NCBI GenBank assembly: GCA_000934665.2
Contig: KZ538469.1
Coordinates: forward strand, 1-64,000
Source of the DNA: Catajapyx aquilonaris
Taxonomy: Eukaryota
Reading direction: 5' to 3'
DNA length: 64,000 bases
The translations under genes were made by a program, and so were the position numbers. The first letter of the stretch is position 1; each line of letters begins with the position of its first letter. This document shows positions 51,698 through 64,000 of the stretch, one piece after another. The notes below the pieces were generated by a model, which was given only the letters and a program-made list of their open reading frames with translations, was not told where the DNA came from and searched no databases.

Positions 51698-51749
51698 NNN
51701 NNNNNNNNNNNNNNNNNNNNNNNNNNNNNNNNNNNNNNNNNNNNNNNNN
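51698..51749. other. Assembly gap (N run) after poly-C
   Basis: Run of N following a C homopolymer. Confidence 0.98.
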
Positions 51750-52613
51750 TCCCCTCACCATCCCCATCCTCCCCCACACCCATCCCACCCCCGCCATCCC
51801 CCCCACACGCCTCAGTCAATACTTGCTCCATCCGCAGCCTATAGAGCCCCTGGGCTGGGGTAATTGGGGGAATGAGTAATGCCCTGGCCCCCCCTACTCT
51901 CCTCTCTTGCTACCTTCCTCTACAATGGTGGCGACACATCGGAGGTTCCCTAATCTTGGAAGCCCCTGTCCATTGATCCCTTTTACGTATATCCCCCAAA
52001 AAAGAGAGAGAGAGAAAGAAAAAAGTAGATATGGAGGATTTTCCGGGGGAGCGGGATACACTTCCGGGCTCGTAAGTCAGGAGTTTGCGGCAGATGCTGC
52101 GGATTACGAGGTCCGCGGCAGTAATGATGTGCCCGTGCCGCTGGCAGGTGGCGTGACCTCTGATGCGTCGTGGCCCCGGCGCGCGGTGCGGACGCATCGG
52201 GACGCGTGGCGGGACGCACGCCATTGCACAATGGCGCGGAGCACAAACTGGGCGTGGGGACAATGATGTAACATTACTTGCGATTGGCCTATCCTCATCG
52301 TGTGAATGCGCCTTTTATTCATGTACTATAGGAATACCGATAAAAGTCGCTAATGCTGATAAATGTGCAAAGACGACGCGATGTCGGATAATCCGGGGTA
52401 AAACACTATGCAAAACACTGCTTTTCCAGCTAAGAAACAGCTTCCGGCAGCTTCTCAGGCGTCTTCCTGGAAGCCTAGCTCAGCACGCAGAGTTTTATTT
52501 CCACGCTTCACTTATTGCAGCCTGACTCGAATAATATCTGGTCAGATATGACTAAACTATACTATGTATCAGAAAAAGAAAGTAATATTCATATTACTAA
52601 TATTTCACTATTA

Positions 52614-52988
52614 CAATTATTGAATCCGGCTATATAATAGACGCGTCATACTTAGTCTATACATAAGACCCTGTGTATTTTTACTCCTGATATAACACAC
52701 CTTTTCACATCACCTCTGCTATAACAGACCATTTCTTGGTCCCTTGAAGGGAAACTCTGCTTATATTATTGGAAACAATAAGGAACCGGCATAAGAAAAT
52801 TACAAATTGCGGATTTATTTATTTTGTCCTACATTATATATTTTCGAGTGAGCTAATTTTGCATTTTTGATGGATTTCATTAATCAGTATAATTAAGCAG
52901 TATGGTGCATTATAGGCATATGGAAAGCAGAAAAATTATTGTGTATTTTCCGCGGCCCCTTGAAGTCTGTTATATCCGGATTCAACTG
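52614..52988. mobile_element. Longer MITE related to 185-258 (pogo/Tigger-like)
   Basis: The right end CCCTTGAAGTCTGTTATATCCGGATTCAACTG-TA is nearly identical to the right end of 185-258. The left end is a degenerate TA-CAATTATTGAATCCGG. Confidence 0.65.
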
Positions 52989-55900
52989 TATTATCTACTA
53001 TCAGATAAAGAAAGTAATAATTATTCATATTTATCACTAATATTTCACTATTTCTACAAAAAATAACGTTGTCGTAACACTTGTTCTATAGTAAAATTAA
53101 TAAAAATAAACAGCTTAGTTAAAAATTGACGTATTCTATCGACATACCGCGAGTACTACGCTACTGTAATAGTTTTGAACAAAAAAAAAGTGTGTTTTTC
53201 TCTACATCCAACAGTATTACCTTCCTGAATTGGGTATGTACAGTTAGCCCTATATACAAGAGAAATTTCCCCCGGATCGCTTTGCTACCAGAAAAGTCAC
53301 CCATTATTTATCAGGAAACACAATCACATCGCACAACAATTCCCACGACTTTCAAGGAAAAAAAAAAATCGCGCGCCTTTTTTCCGGGCATCAGGCTCGC
53401 ACGAAACCCGATACTTTTTACGCGAGTGATGAATAATTTCGTAGATAAGTCGATCACCAAATTCTGAAACAAGCAGGTTGGACAAGTCCAGGAGCATCGA
53501 TCTGTGGGCGCCGACACGCATAAATACGGTATGAAAGCACCAAATTGAGGTGGAGCACAACAGTTGGATGAGGAGGGGGGGGGGGGTCACTGTACACAAG
53601 AGCTTTACTTACCGATACTGTATATTCATCCGGCGCAAAATAACGTCCAAATTTGGCTATAGCATGAGTCGGAATTATCGCTATTTACGCATGCCACCCT
53701 ACCTAATAATTTCTGCCAATACGATATCATTTTCTATGACGGCCTCGGATTATGTGATTGCACATTAATCATCCAATAAAGCTGCTATAGAGCCAAATAA
53801 AAAATGCGGCGAGTCATCAACATACTTGACTAGATTCCAGAATATGATGTGTCAGGATTAATTAGCCGGACACGGTTGACAAGAAATGCTAGTCATTTGC
53901 CACCAGATTGATGACACCAGCACTTCATATACCTGGGGCTGGGATGACAGCTAACAATCGCATTGGGGTCCCTACACTGCATATTTTTATTCGGGACAAA
54001 CGACACCGCAGCACATAATCAGAGGTGCGATTAGCACCTGGAAAAGCAAGCAATTCTAGCAAATCGACGTGCCGAACTAATGACCCCAAGCTCCAGACTA
54101 CCGGTGGAGGACGATTTATAAGCGTCAATCCTCTTCCTTAAGGCTTGCTTGCCAGACATTAAAACACCCCGACATGGCTCAGACTCGCAACATTACCACC
54201 TCATCTACATTTCAACACTGCCAGGAATAGCAACCGAATTGGTACCGATCAATCTTCCTATCACTGCAGACTCCGCTTTCTCCTCGGTTTTTGCTTCTTT
54301 AGAGGCAGATGTAAAACTACAGCGATTCTTGCAAAATGGCAACACCGCATCCACGCCATATTGGTCCTTCTCATTGGCCAACCAGGCTAATCCCAGCTCT
54401 CCATTAGCTGAAGCTCGCAAGGGCTTCATTGCTCCCAACTGATTCTCAAATTAGCTCTTTACTTTTCGATACTCTCACGCACATAAAAGTCAAGCTTGTA
54501 AAAAAAATACAAAAAAAAAAAAAGAAGCGAAGGGCCCACGGATGAACCCTGACATTAAAATCACGCATAATTCCCTCCACCTTTTCCACGAAACGGCTTG
54601 GTATACTGCTCCATTGCCGAGGACACAGAGAAAATGCTGCCGCGTTTTATGTACGCATCTTGCCAATAAAAATATACATAATGTAAAAGATACTCCGACC
54701 CGTATAGTCGGCCCGTAAAACCTTCACACTGCTTGTAATTCGCCCCTCCAGAGTCCGCGGCATTAATAAAACAAAACACACCTGTTAATCACTGCTTACA
54801 TTGGCCTGAATCGCAATTAAATCATTGGCTCTGCATAAGAATAAGGTTTCTCCATATTGTATAACCAAGCGCGAAATGGGATCTGAATATATCATCACTT
54901 TTCCTTTCCCGAACTCGGCGTATTACCGGATCAGAATCAGATTGGTGACGATGTATACCGTGTTATACAATTGGGACCTGTCTTGCCAGAGGGCGCTATT
55001 AAGTGTAATTAGTGGCACCTGATCGATATTCCTCTTTGCCGGTGGGGGAATGCTACCTTATGAAACTTGAACATCCTGGTTCTAGCCAGCACTTTTTCGC
55101 TTAAAATCTGATCCTACATCCCAACACAATATTGTACTGCAAATTAGACAATCCCGCTGTACAGGTATGGCACGCAGAGTTGCCCTGCATATCCAGGATA
55201 AGCAGCTAAAAATTGCACCTTTTTTTTTCTCCACCCCTCCCCGTCAGTGGTGAATGCTTAAGAATCCATCACTGCCGACAACATTATGGTGTTTCTAAAT
55301 GACATTCGTTCCCTTGAAGCGTGTGACATCGGGCCAACCATTACGGATCGAAAAGTTATCTTAGAACTTGGCTGGAAAACGCCCATCTATAAGGCCCGCC
55401 ATAACGGCTCAAAGTTAGGCTTCATTTGGCCGTAAGGATCTATAGTGAACGTGACAAATGGGGCACCAAATATGGCAATTTTAGACCCGTCGTTTTTTTT
55501 ATCCCACTGAAAATCTGAGTTGTAAAAAAAACTTTTTTTCTATCCAATGGCGCTATTTTTCATGTAGTATGAAATACTATGTACTGTACATAGTATTTCT
55601 TACTACATGAAAAATGGCGGCAATGGACTGAAAAGGTATTGCCTCCTGGCGGAGTTTTCTCTTTACATGAAGCACCTTCATGTAAAGGCCCGAGGCAATA
55701 CTTGTGCTTCTTCATTAATTTCCACCACTGTACTATATGGCTCAAAAATATGTCATTAACAAAAAAAAAATGGCAAATTCCAGCATGTCATAAGCCAATT
55801 TTTTGACACAATCCGAGTCAATCCTGTCGTCATAGAGAGCAGTTGAAACCGCTCTCAAGACCGAGACTATCAGTTGATCTTTGGTTTAATTGGATGTGTG

Positions 55901-58900
55901 CGGTCGCAAGAGAGGGGGCTGGGGGGGGGGGGTAGAGGGAGAGTCAGGGGGGACTATGGAGGGGGTTAGGCCAGGGGGGAGAGAGAGACCACTTGCTGAA
56001 GTTTGATCTCCCACGCTTCCAATTAATTTGGGCGCCTCGTCCACGCTAATGGCCGTTATCTGAAGTCCACTGCTTTTTGGGACAGTAATTTAGATTCGCG
56101 TTTTCCGAACCTCACAATAAAGATAATCCAAACTACCTTTTCCATAAACGGGGCAAGTCCCGAATGATAATCCAGGGAGCGGTAACAGCAACAGTCATGG
56201 GGCTATGGGTTTTGCAAGTTAATGATTCGGACACTCTAATCTTGCCCAAGATAAGTACCTGGACACCCCCAAAATATTCTCCAGGCACATTCACCAATAA
56301 ACGCCAAGCAGATCACCTTTATATACATGCCCTCGGATTTTGGGAGGGTTGTATTTTTATTATGTGGACGGGATCTTGTTTCCCTGTGAGGTTATTAATG
56401 GTCCATAATTTTCACGAGCTACCCCCAGCCGTTATATTTCGCGACATGTGCAAATGTTAATGCGCTCCTAAGACCACTCCTCTCGGAAAATGCCTCTTCA
56501 CACTCATAATTGCGTTGGTTATGACGTAGTGGGGCTCAACTTCAGTACTACAGGACCCCCTTTTCCAACCGACTAGGATTTAATGAAAGTGTTATTTTTT
56601 TAGCACAAAATACCTACAAGTTTCAGTAGAGCTATCTTTTCCTCCCATAATATTTCATTCTTAATCTCTCTCATTGTTACGTACACTATAGCTCATTTCT
56701 TTCACAACAATAAACGATAGTACGATTAAATGTCATAACTGATAGCGTGACGGACAGTGACATGTTGGTACAGGCGAGCGTTACGTCACAGTATAGTTTA
56801 GAGTGAACTATTTCAGTAAAACTTGACACATTGGTTGCTAAAGACACTCCCCTTCTAAATTCCTCCAAACGTCAACTATTTGAACGAGGAATTTTTGGTG
56901 AAAGTCGTGGGTCGAGGTGTCATAAAAGTCGAAAATCAGCGTGACGAGCTATGCTGTGACGGTTAGGACATTGCCAGCCAACAGTTCTCAGCTGGAAAAA
57001 GTGGACGAACAATATTTAAAAATTGCGTTTTGTTGTCGACAACAACCGAATTTTCCTTGTCATTTTTTCCATGTGAAAAATATTACATCTGTAATTTTCA
57101 CCCACATTTTTTAAAAAATGGACTAACTAATGCTGCGAAAAACGACCATTATTATGCACCGATCCAGGTCCAATTAAAAAAATGCAGCACATGCAATTAA
57201 TAATTTCGTCCAATACTATTAGCCTCTTTACTCAGTTCAAATAATTGTCAAAAATTCGTCCAAAAAAAGCACGTCCTTGGACATCTTGTGGTAATATTTC
57301 GAACCAGGCGTTGTTTATTATGACCATTTGGAGTTTTTGATTTTTTGATATTTTTTTTTAATGGGGGGTTGGGAGGGGGGGGGGGGTGTGGGGGATGGAA
57401 AGTTCGGAGGGGAGGTTAGTAGGGGAGGGGCAGCCCTCGAGTCCCGGACATTGATCGCTTGGCTCTGCGGCATAAGAATCCGGAGAGAAGCGTTGCTGGC
57501 AGAGGGCAGGAAGGTGAACAGAGAGAGTCGGGGGTGTGGGAAAAATGGTCGCGCCATGCAGCGGAAAGAAACAAATCTGAAAAATCCGGCCACCATGAAC
57601 CATCATCCCCCTCCAATCATCCCTCCAGAGCGCGCCCATTGCAAAAATGGGGACAGACGAGTCGTAACTTTTTTGGAGAGGCAATGACATCTAGAATTTG
57701 GCGTGGTCCATCAGTTAATCTATCTCGAAATATCCGACACGACCCCCCCTAAACTGGCTGGAGAGGAGCCAAGAATCCGGAGGCTCCTGTTGCTCCGGGT
57801 GTCCGGAATTCGATTGCGGGACGTGAAACATGGGACAGTCGTACAAGGGCGGATTGGAAATCGGCGAAAAAAACATCGCCTTCCATATATATAAAATTGG
57901 TGCATATATACATACGGGTTTTAAAAAAAAAGTTTGGTGCTATGTTTAAGCTAACAAGTGGCAGGTGAAAAATTATCGCTGCAATTTGTCGGGTTCGACT
58001 CCGGCCAGCACTCCTCATTTAGCAGCAAGCAGAATTGGCAATTCCCTATCAGTTTAGTGTCCCAGAGCCTGTCAATTTGGCGTGGGGGGCACTTGGTCCA
58101 AATGGCCAATTTCCAGACCCCCCCTCCCCTCTATACAATTTTTTTTTCCTGATTTTTCATGACACTGAGGCCATCATCTGTCATTATACCTATTCCCCAC
58201 TGCATTGCGCCAATTTCAGCCTATGATCCTACCCTACACGTTAAGTTCACTGTGAAGTGACAACTATCGATGGGTGAAATAATGTGGCGGCCCACCCCTT
58301 TTGCCTCCCACTGTTGTGACGCTGAGCTTGCATGCACTTTTAGCCCCCTTATGGAGTTTGATGGAAATGTAATTATGCGTAATTATATTTTGAGGTACAG
58401 GAAGTCAGCCCACTGGCACAAGGAGCATTCGTATACGTGTCTTCTCTTCAAACGTTGCATTAACCCAACAAAGGCAAGCGCTTTCCAAACGTTCAATGGG
58501 AGGGGAGGAAAAAAAGTTGAGAGTTTATGACGAGCCGGAAAACCTATCGTAACTTGACTATAGGTTTTTCCAAAGAGTTGCATAATCATGGGTATAGGTA
58601 AAACTAAGCCCAAAAATGTTAAGGGCAAGTAAAATACAAAAAAATTGTCACCAATTTTCTTCATCGAGCAGTTATGGGCTCGTTCAACCCTATTTGCCGA
58701 ATAAGCGCAAATCGTAAAATGTGCATAGTTTTGACCCAGTTATTTTTAAGAGTGTACAAAGTTGTTGATCTGCTCCGTCGCGTGGCGCCCTGGCCTCATA
58801 AAAGACGATCATATAGCTTCTAAAGCAGATTTGAAGTTCGGGCGCACTTCCAACTTAGCACTATATCCAGGGTGAGAAACCTAGTTTGCATACTGTACCC

Positions 58901-61626
58901 TGGTACTGTCTATATAGCTAATAGTAACTGATTTATAAGTAAATGCTGATCACCTACAACAATGATTTGGTTCCAGATTGATACTATAGGTATAGATGCT
59001 CACTGATACAGTATAACCTAAATTGACCTTATGCACACGGCACTTCATTGTGACAACATCCATCGCGCAATTATATCCAAGTTAATAATAAACCTTTCCA
59101 CATACTACTCGTGTGCACATACGCTACGTCCATCTATAACAATAACGTGGTTGGAGAGAGAGAGAAAAAAATAACTATAGCTACATGTCCTGCGCCGCAA
59201 TATACATTTCCTCGAGACCCACTGGGCTCTTGACAATACAGCGCAGTATGGGATCTGACGCAAACTTTTTATCTCCCAAGCTGAGATAGCTGGAAAGGGT
59301 CATTCGGGGGCACCCTTTCGTGCCTTAGAAAAGAAGCCATCCAGAGTCCCTCTCGTTGTTTTCGCCAACATCGTCCTCCTCTAGCAGCCTTGACTTTTCT
59401 GTTTGCAACACAAAAGAGGGGCATCGGCAGTTCCTTCGCTGTAGGAATCGGCCATTTCTAAACCGAGGAAGATAGCCCCCCCACTCGAGGAATTACGCAA
59501 CCAGCCCTTTCCGCACAAATTATACGGGGAAATGGAGGTAAAGGGGCTAGTGTAATGTATATGCAAAGTGGTTTTGTAGTTTCTACAAAAGAAGGGGGTT
59601 TTTTTTTGGTGGACCTCGACTCTTCTTGAGCAAGTCTGGCATAATTTCCCAATTTTTTGCCTCAACGCCCATGTTATGCATGTCGTAAATAACAACAAAA
59701 AGGCCACTATTACACTGTGTTTCTTGCCCCAGATATCTCTGAAAGTGCAAGGACTCAACGGCTGCCATTTTCAAGAATATTTCTATCACATTGCTAAACA
59801 TCACATCCTTACTTCAACTTCTGCAATGTCTCCTTTTTAATTTGGTGATTTTTTCTTATTTATTTGTTTATTGAGGCTTACCCTAGGAATGGAAGTTACT
59901 TAAAAACAGCTGGAGGAGGGGAAAACCCGACATCAAAAATCTAGCCAATGCAAACACAGTGCGTATATACAGTACGTTAGTCCTGTAATTTGACGCCTCT
60001 TTCGTGCATTCGACAAGCCATTATTACACACTTGTCAAAACATGTCATCCTTCTTCCACCCTGCGATAAGCCCCCCTCTTGACTTCCTCGGACGGTCCTA
60101 ATCAACATGTTGTGACGCCCAGGAAAAGACTTTCCCACTCCCCCTGCATCTTCCAACTTCACTTAGATTACCACAAAAAAGGCAACGCTGCAGCCAATCA
60201 TCAGCGAGAGAGTTCAGTGGCCAATAAGAACACATTTTCAAGCTGAAATTGACAATTTTCCTGCCACATTTCCACCCGAAATGTTTCCAACTTAAAACGA
60301 AGGTCGAACCAGATTAGGTAACAAAACCATGTAAGAATGAGAGTTCCGTCCTTCTTGCTAATCAGCAGTTGCCTAAGGGGGAATTCCCCGCAAGCCACTA
60401 ATAGTAACTCATCAAAAAAAAACTTTTCCTTAGCTCTTCTTCAACATCTTCTGAAGATGTAAACATCAGCCTTGATCGAGGTGACCACTGGCCAACCAAG
60501 GCTTTTCCTGCACCCTATGCAAGGCCACCATTGGTATGGATCATTCTGATGGCCAGGGAAGTGAGCCCCAGCTACAGTTTCTGGACACATCCTCCACAAA
60601 CTGCATTACAAAAGCTGCTCGGAATTGTGGAGGCCAAATCCCCTTTCTCTCTAATCCGCACGCTGCATAATTAAGTAAAGGTCATTTCCAGATAAACTTT
60701 CACCATCTCTCAAAAGCTTTCCTGCTGGCAAATGCCGATACTTATGTCTCCGTGACAATTCTTCGTCAACTCGTCGCATATAAACCCTCGAGCTTGATTT
60801 ATCTCCGCTGCCCAGCTTTTAGACCTTAACATCAGATTTTCGAGTCTCCCCCCCTCCGAATGTTTACAACCCTCAAGCTTTATTGTTATAGTCAATGACA
60901 ATCGATTTCCACCTTGATACTTCCCGCCCGTTCCAAAACAGCGATCGAAAGTGTCGTAACAATTCCGCCGCAACCGCACCGGGCGAAGACGTTTCCGACT
61001 TTATGATAGCTATGGAAGAGATTAGTCGTTAATTCAGCCGCGCCCCCATCAAATATTCAGCACGCATTCACCTGATCTCTACCGTACATTAATCCGGCCT
61101 GTAATTATACCTCATTGTTGTCGCTAAACGATCCCAGGCTGCGGTTAGGACCCACAGCATCAATAGGACCTATTAAATCCCTGTACTTACGGGCACAACT
61201 TCTGCGGGTCGAGAGGCAGGCAATTGAAAGCTCGCGACTTTCGACACATTCTGTAATAGTCAACACCTTCTTTCATCCCTGGCCAAACAATGCGAATCTG
61301 CTAATTACGTGAAGCATTGGATGTCGGAATAGCCACGCCGTTTCCTAATCCTTTCGGGGGAGCGCGGGGATGGGCGAAGAGGCTTTTGTCTTACAACTTG
61401 CGTCAACGTCAATCTGTGCCGTGATAAGACAGATAGCATATATACAGGGCAGTTGCGACGATGACGTATTGTGATGTCATATAGAGGGAGGTGGCCGGCA
61501 AGGTCATTAAACGGCAGGCTCGACTTTCGTGCAAGATTGGGTTGTATCATAGAATTAGATCCACGCATACCAACGTCACCAATGATGCAAACTAGAGGTA
61601 AATATTAAATAATTCACTTTCATGGC

Positions 61627-61882
61627 ATGTGGTGGAAGTCATACTTCGTGTACATATAAAGAAAGAGAAGAAAAAAAAATATTGTGCCCATTGTTACACG
61701 AGTGGACGTAAATAAATAAATGGAAAGCAAATACCTTTTATGTGCTGTAATTTCTAACTCTGACATGTGGAAGTCAACCTTTGCATGCATACAGAGAAAA
61801 ATCATTATTGTGCCCCATGTTGGATAAAATTACTTGTTGCGTGAGTGGACGTAGAATAAATAAGTAAATAGAAAGGCAAAAT
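61627..61882. repeat. Diverged tandem duplication (~110-130 bp unit)
   Basis: The ordered blocks TGGAAGTCA ... TATTGTGCCC ... GAGTGGACGTA ... AATAAATAA ... GAAAG occur twice. Confidence 0.6.
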
Positions 61883-64000
61883 GCATATTTTTTTTTGAAA
61901 ATTTTCTCACTCTGTTACGCTCATGCTTCTAGTGTCACTTTCAAATTGCAGGAAACAAAAATGTGGAAAATTATTTTAGCTTGGTCAAGTTGGACTCTGA
62001 TTTTTGCTTTATCTAGGTTCGGCTTCTCACTTTTTTTTTTTGTTGCCACACGTAAACTTTCAAAATCAACTGTTATGTCGTATATTGTACAACGACACGT
62101 ACATATATTCGTTGACAAGATTCGCCTAAATAAATTACATAAGCAACAACATTAAAAGTTGATAGTAATGGAATTAATGGCACATCAATTTGTTAGTCCC
62201 AAACAACCTTATTCATGCAACTCCTTCTGTAATATTGAGAACTTGACGATGCATCACCTTGTACTGTACATTCTAGTTGCATATACCCAGACTTTTGGAT
62301 CGAATATCTAGGCTATCATTCTAGTGCATGATCCAGATATAATCATGACTTATCAAGCGGTCGCGTCAGGGCCTCGCAAAAAAAAAAAAAAAATCGCTTT
62401 TGCATAATTTGCGCCATTTTACACATAACCAAGTATGTGTGCACTAACACCATCAGTCCGGTGCGTAACTACCCGTCCTTCGCCCCAAACGCAAACAACC
62501 ATACAGTACGTAACCATCAATTAATCGTCCCCATCCAAATACTCCAAAAACCGTGCATACATGTGTGAGTATGGGTATATAAACACCCCCCACAACTGGT
62601 CATCCCTGGCTTGCACTTGGCCCCCAAACCAAAATCCCCCTCAGCTCCCATCCCTAACACAGGGGGACGGTCTTCAGACCCCCAGACATAAAAGAAAAAG
62701 AGGGGACCCTTTTGACCAGCTGCCCCAGACTTGCTCGCAGACTTCGCAGGAAAAAGGTGGGGAGGAAACCCCACACACATACGGTGGCCATATTTGTCTG
62801 TAAAGTTTAATAAGAAATACCCTGATTTTTAAATATGTTTTGTGACATTAAACACTAATGGCACGCAATTATTAAAACAGAAACACCTACTCTCTGTTGG
62901 CTGCAAAAAAATAGAGAGATGAGAGGGGGACATGGGCATTGATTTCCCACCACTTGCAGCATGTAAAATCGGGTGCCTACGGTCACATATGAAGGATTTG
63001 CATACATAATGCATCGTAATAGTTGGGGACCGCGCAGATTGTGCACGTAGCGTCTGTAATCAAATCACCCGGAACCGAATTCTCCGAAATTAAAATTTTC
63101 GCCCCAGTTTTATTCCGGGAGGGCTATGGAAAAGTAGGGGGGGTAATGTTGTAATCCCTCCCAAACAAGATTTGGCCCGATCATACCGGATTAATACGTT
63201 TGTGAATAACACTGTTATGGATTCCGAAAAAAAAACCCTGGGACAAGATGACTAATTTTTAACCGACGTGCTTCTGCTTTCGTTATTAGTGGGAGCTCTT
63301 GATGTGAGCAACTGGAGTGAATTACAAAGTGTTTCGAACCGGGCTTAATTTTTTTGGATGGGACCAATTTTCGGTGGATAAGAGCTCGCCTTTTTTTTGC
63401 GAGCTGAATAATGCAGGCAAATTTTTTTTTTTTTGCTCCCATCATACACCAACTGTAATCCGGTGCAAGACTTTATCTGAGAGGATTTCGTATGACATAT
63501 GCATGAATAGATTACAATAATCGTACGAAGGGGGAACTAATGGGTGGTGATGCTAGTGCAAATATACAGATTACAACGTACAAAACATGTGGCATATTCA
63601 TAAAGCAGATTAATTGCAATTAATATGCGCAATGTATTAATAATAACCTGAAGAGCTACGACTCGATTTTCCCTCTGTAGTGAGATGGATTCAAGCGTCC
63701 TGTGCCAACGTAACTGATTATGCAACATTTACAGTGCTCGCAAACAATGGATTGGCTGAATTTTTATTCATTATTTGCGCGTTTCAGGGTCATGGTTCGG
63801 ACATAAAGCGTCACGTTTGACGCAAAGTGCGCCAGAGTTAAAAACTTGAAAGATTTTATTTAAGTTAATGGAGTAACATAGATAGGGGCCAATGTGATGG
63901 TCAGTTAATGTGAGTTGCAATGGAAAAAATATTTTCATAAGCAGAATTTTTTGACTGTGCCCGTATAACATGTGTTAACCGCAGGGCTTCTACTTTGCAT

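Noticed and set aside
53826..53897. TGACTAGATT resembling the 5' end of miR-279/996 in a loose hairpin
   Set aside because: Similarity is limited to about 9-10 nt, it would lie on the wrong arm, and pairing is too interrupted for a pre-miRNA.
26592..57542. Su(H)/CSL sites (YGTGRGAA) at 26592, 27620, 30659, 32340, 34158, 38660, 47548 and 57535 suggesting Notch autoregulation
   Set aside because: The number is not far above chance expectation for this length, and no paired-site arrangement or tight cluster was seen.
57935..58013. tRNA-like stretch with a GGTTCGACTCC B-box and a partial acceptor stem
   Set aside because: The T-stem is out of register and there is no canonical D or anticodon arm. 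At most this is a decayed SINE head or chance.
60710..60979. Minus-strand ORF beginning RLRRN as a possible Mam N-terminal exon
   Set aside because: The rest of the peptide does not resemble the RLRRRI-xx-YR basic helix, and there is no true ATG or splice support.

Overview
This is eukaryotic, most likely arthropod, genomic DNA. The taxon is inferred from insect/crustacean-type mastermind motifs and short GT-AG introns; the species cannot be determined from sequence. The first 11 kb hold three compact spliced genes: a divergent Cys-loop ligand-gated ion channel subunit (+, about 33/773-3150), PWP2/Utp1 (-, 3292-8885, 9 exons), and the V-ATPase 16-kDa proteolipid subunit c (+, 9387-10597, 3 exons), which sits head-to-head with PWP2. 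The remaining ~50 kb appear to belong to the Notch co-activator mastermind on the minus strand. Four coding exons lie at 38651-36918, 19267-18142, 17490-17291 and 17184-16903, with a 17.6-kb intron. The exon encoding the N-terminal CSL/NICD-binding domain is not in the window, which implies an upstream intron longer than 25 kb. The introns contain several palindromic MITE-like families, minisatellites, an array of DRE (TATCGATA) palindromes and two assembly gaps. I found no rRNA, convincing tRNA, CRISPR array or autonomous transposon, and I cannot claim a wholly new biological system. The best leads are the orphan-type Cys-loop channel with atypical ligand-site and pore residues, two phase-compatible candidate alternative mam exons, the DRE array, twin inverted hairpin elements, and an M-box in the PWP2/Vha16 shared promoter. 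All coordinates were derived by hand; no database search was run.
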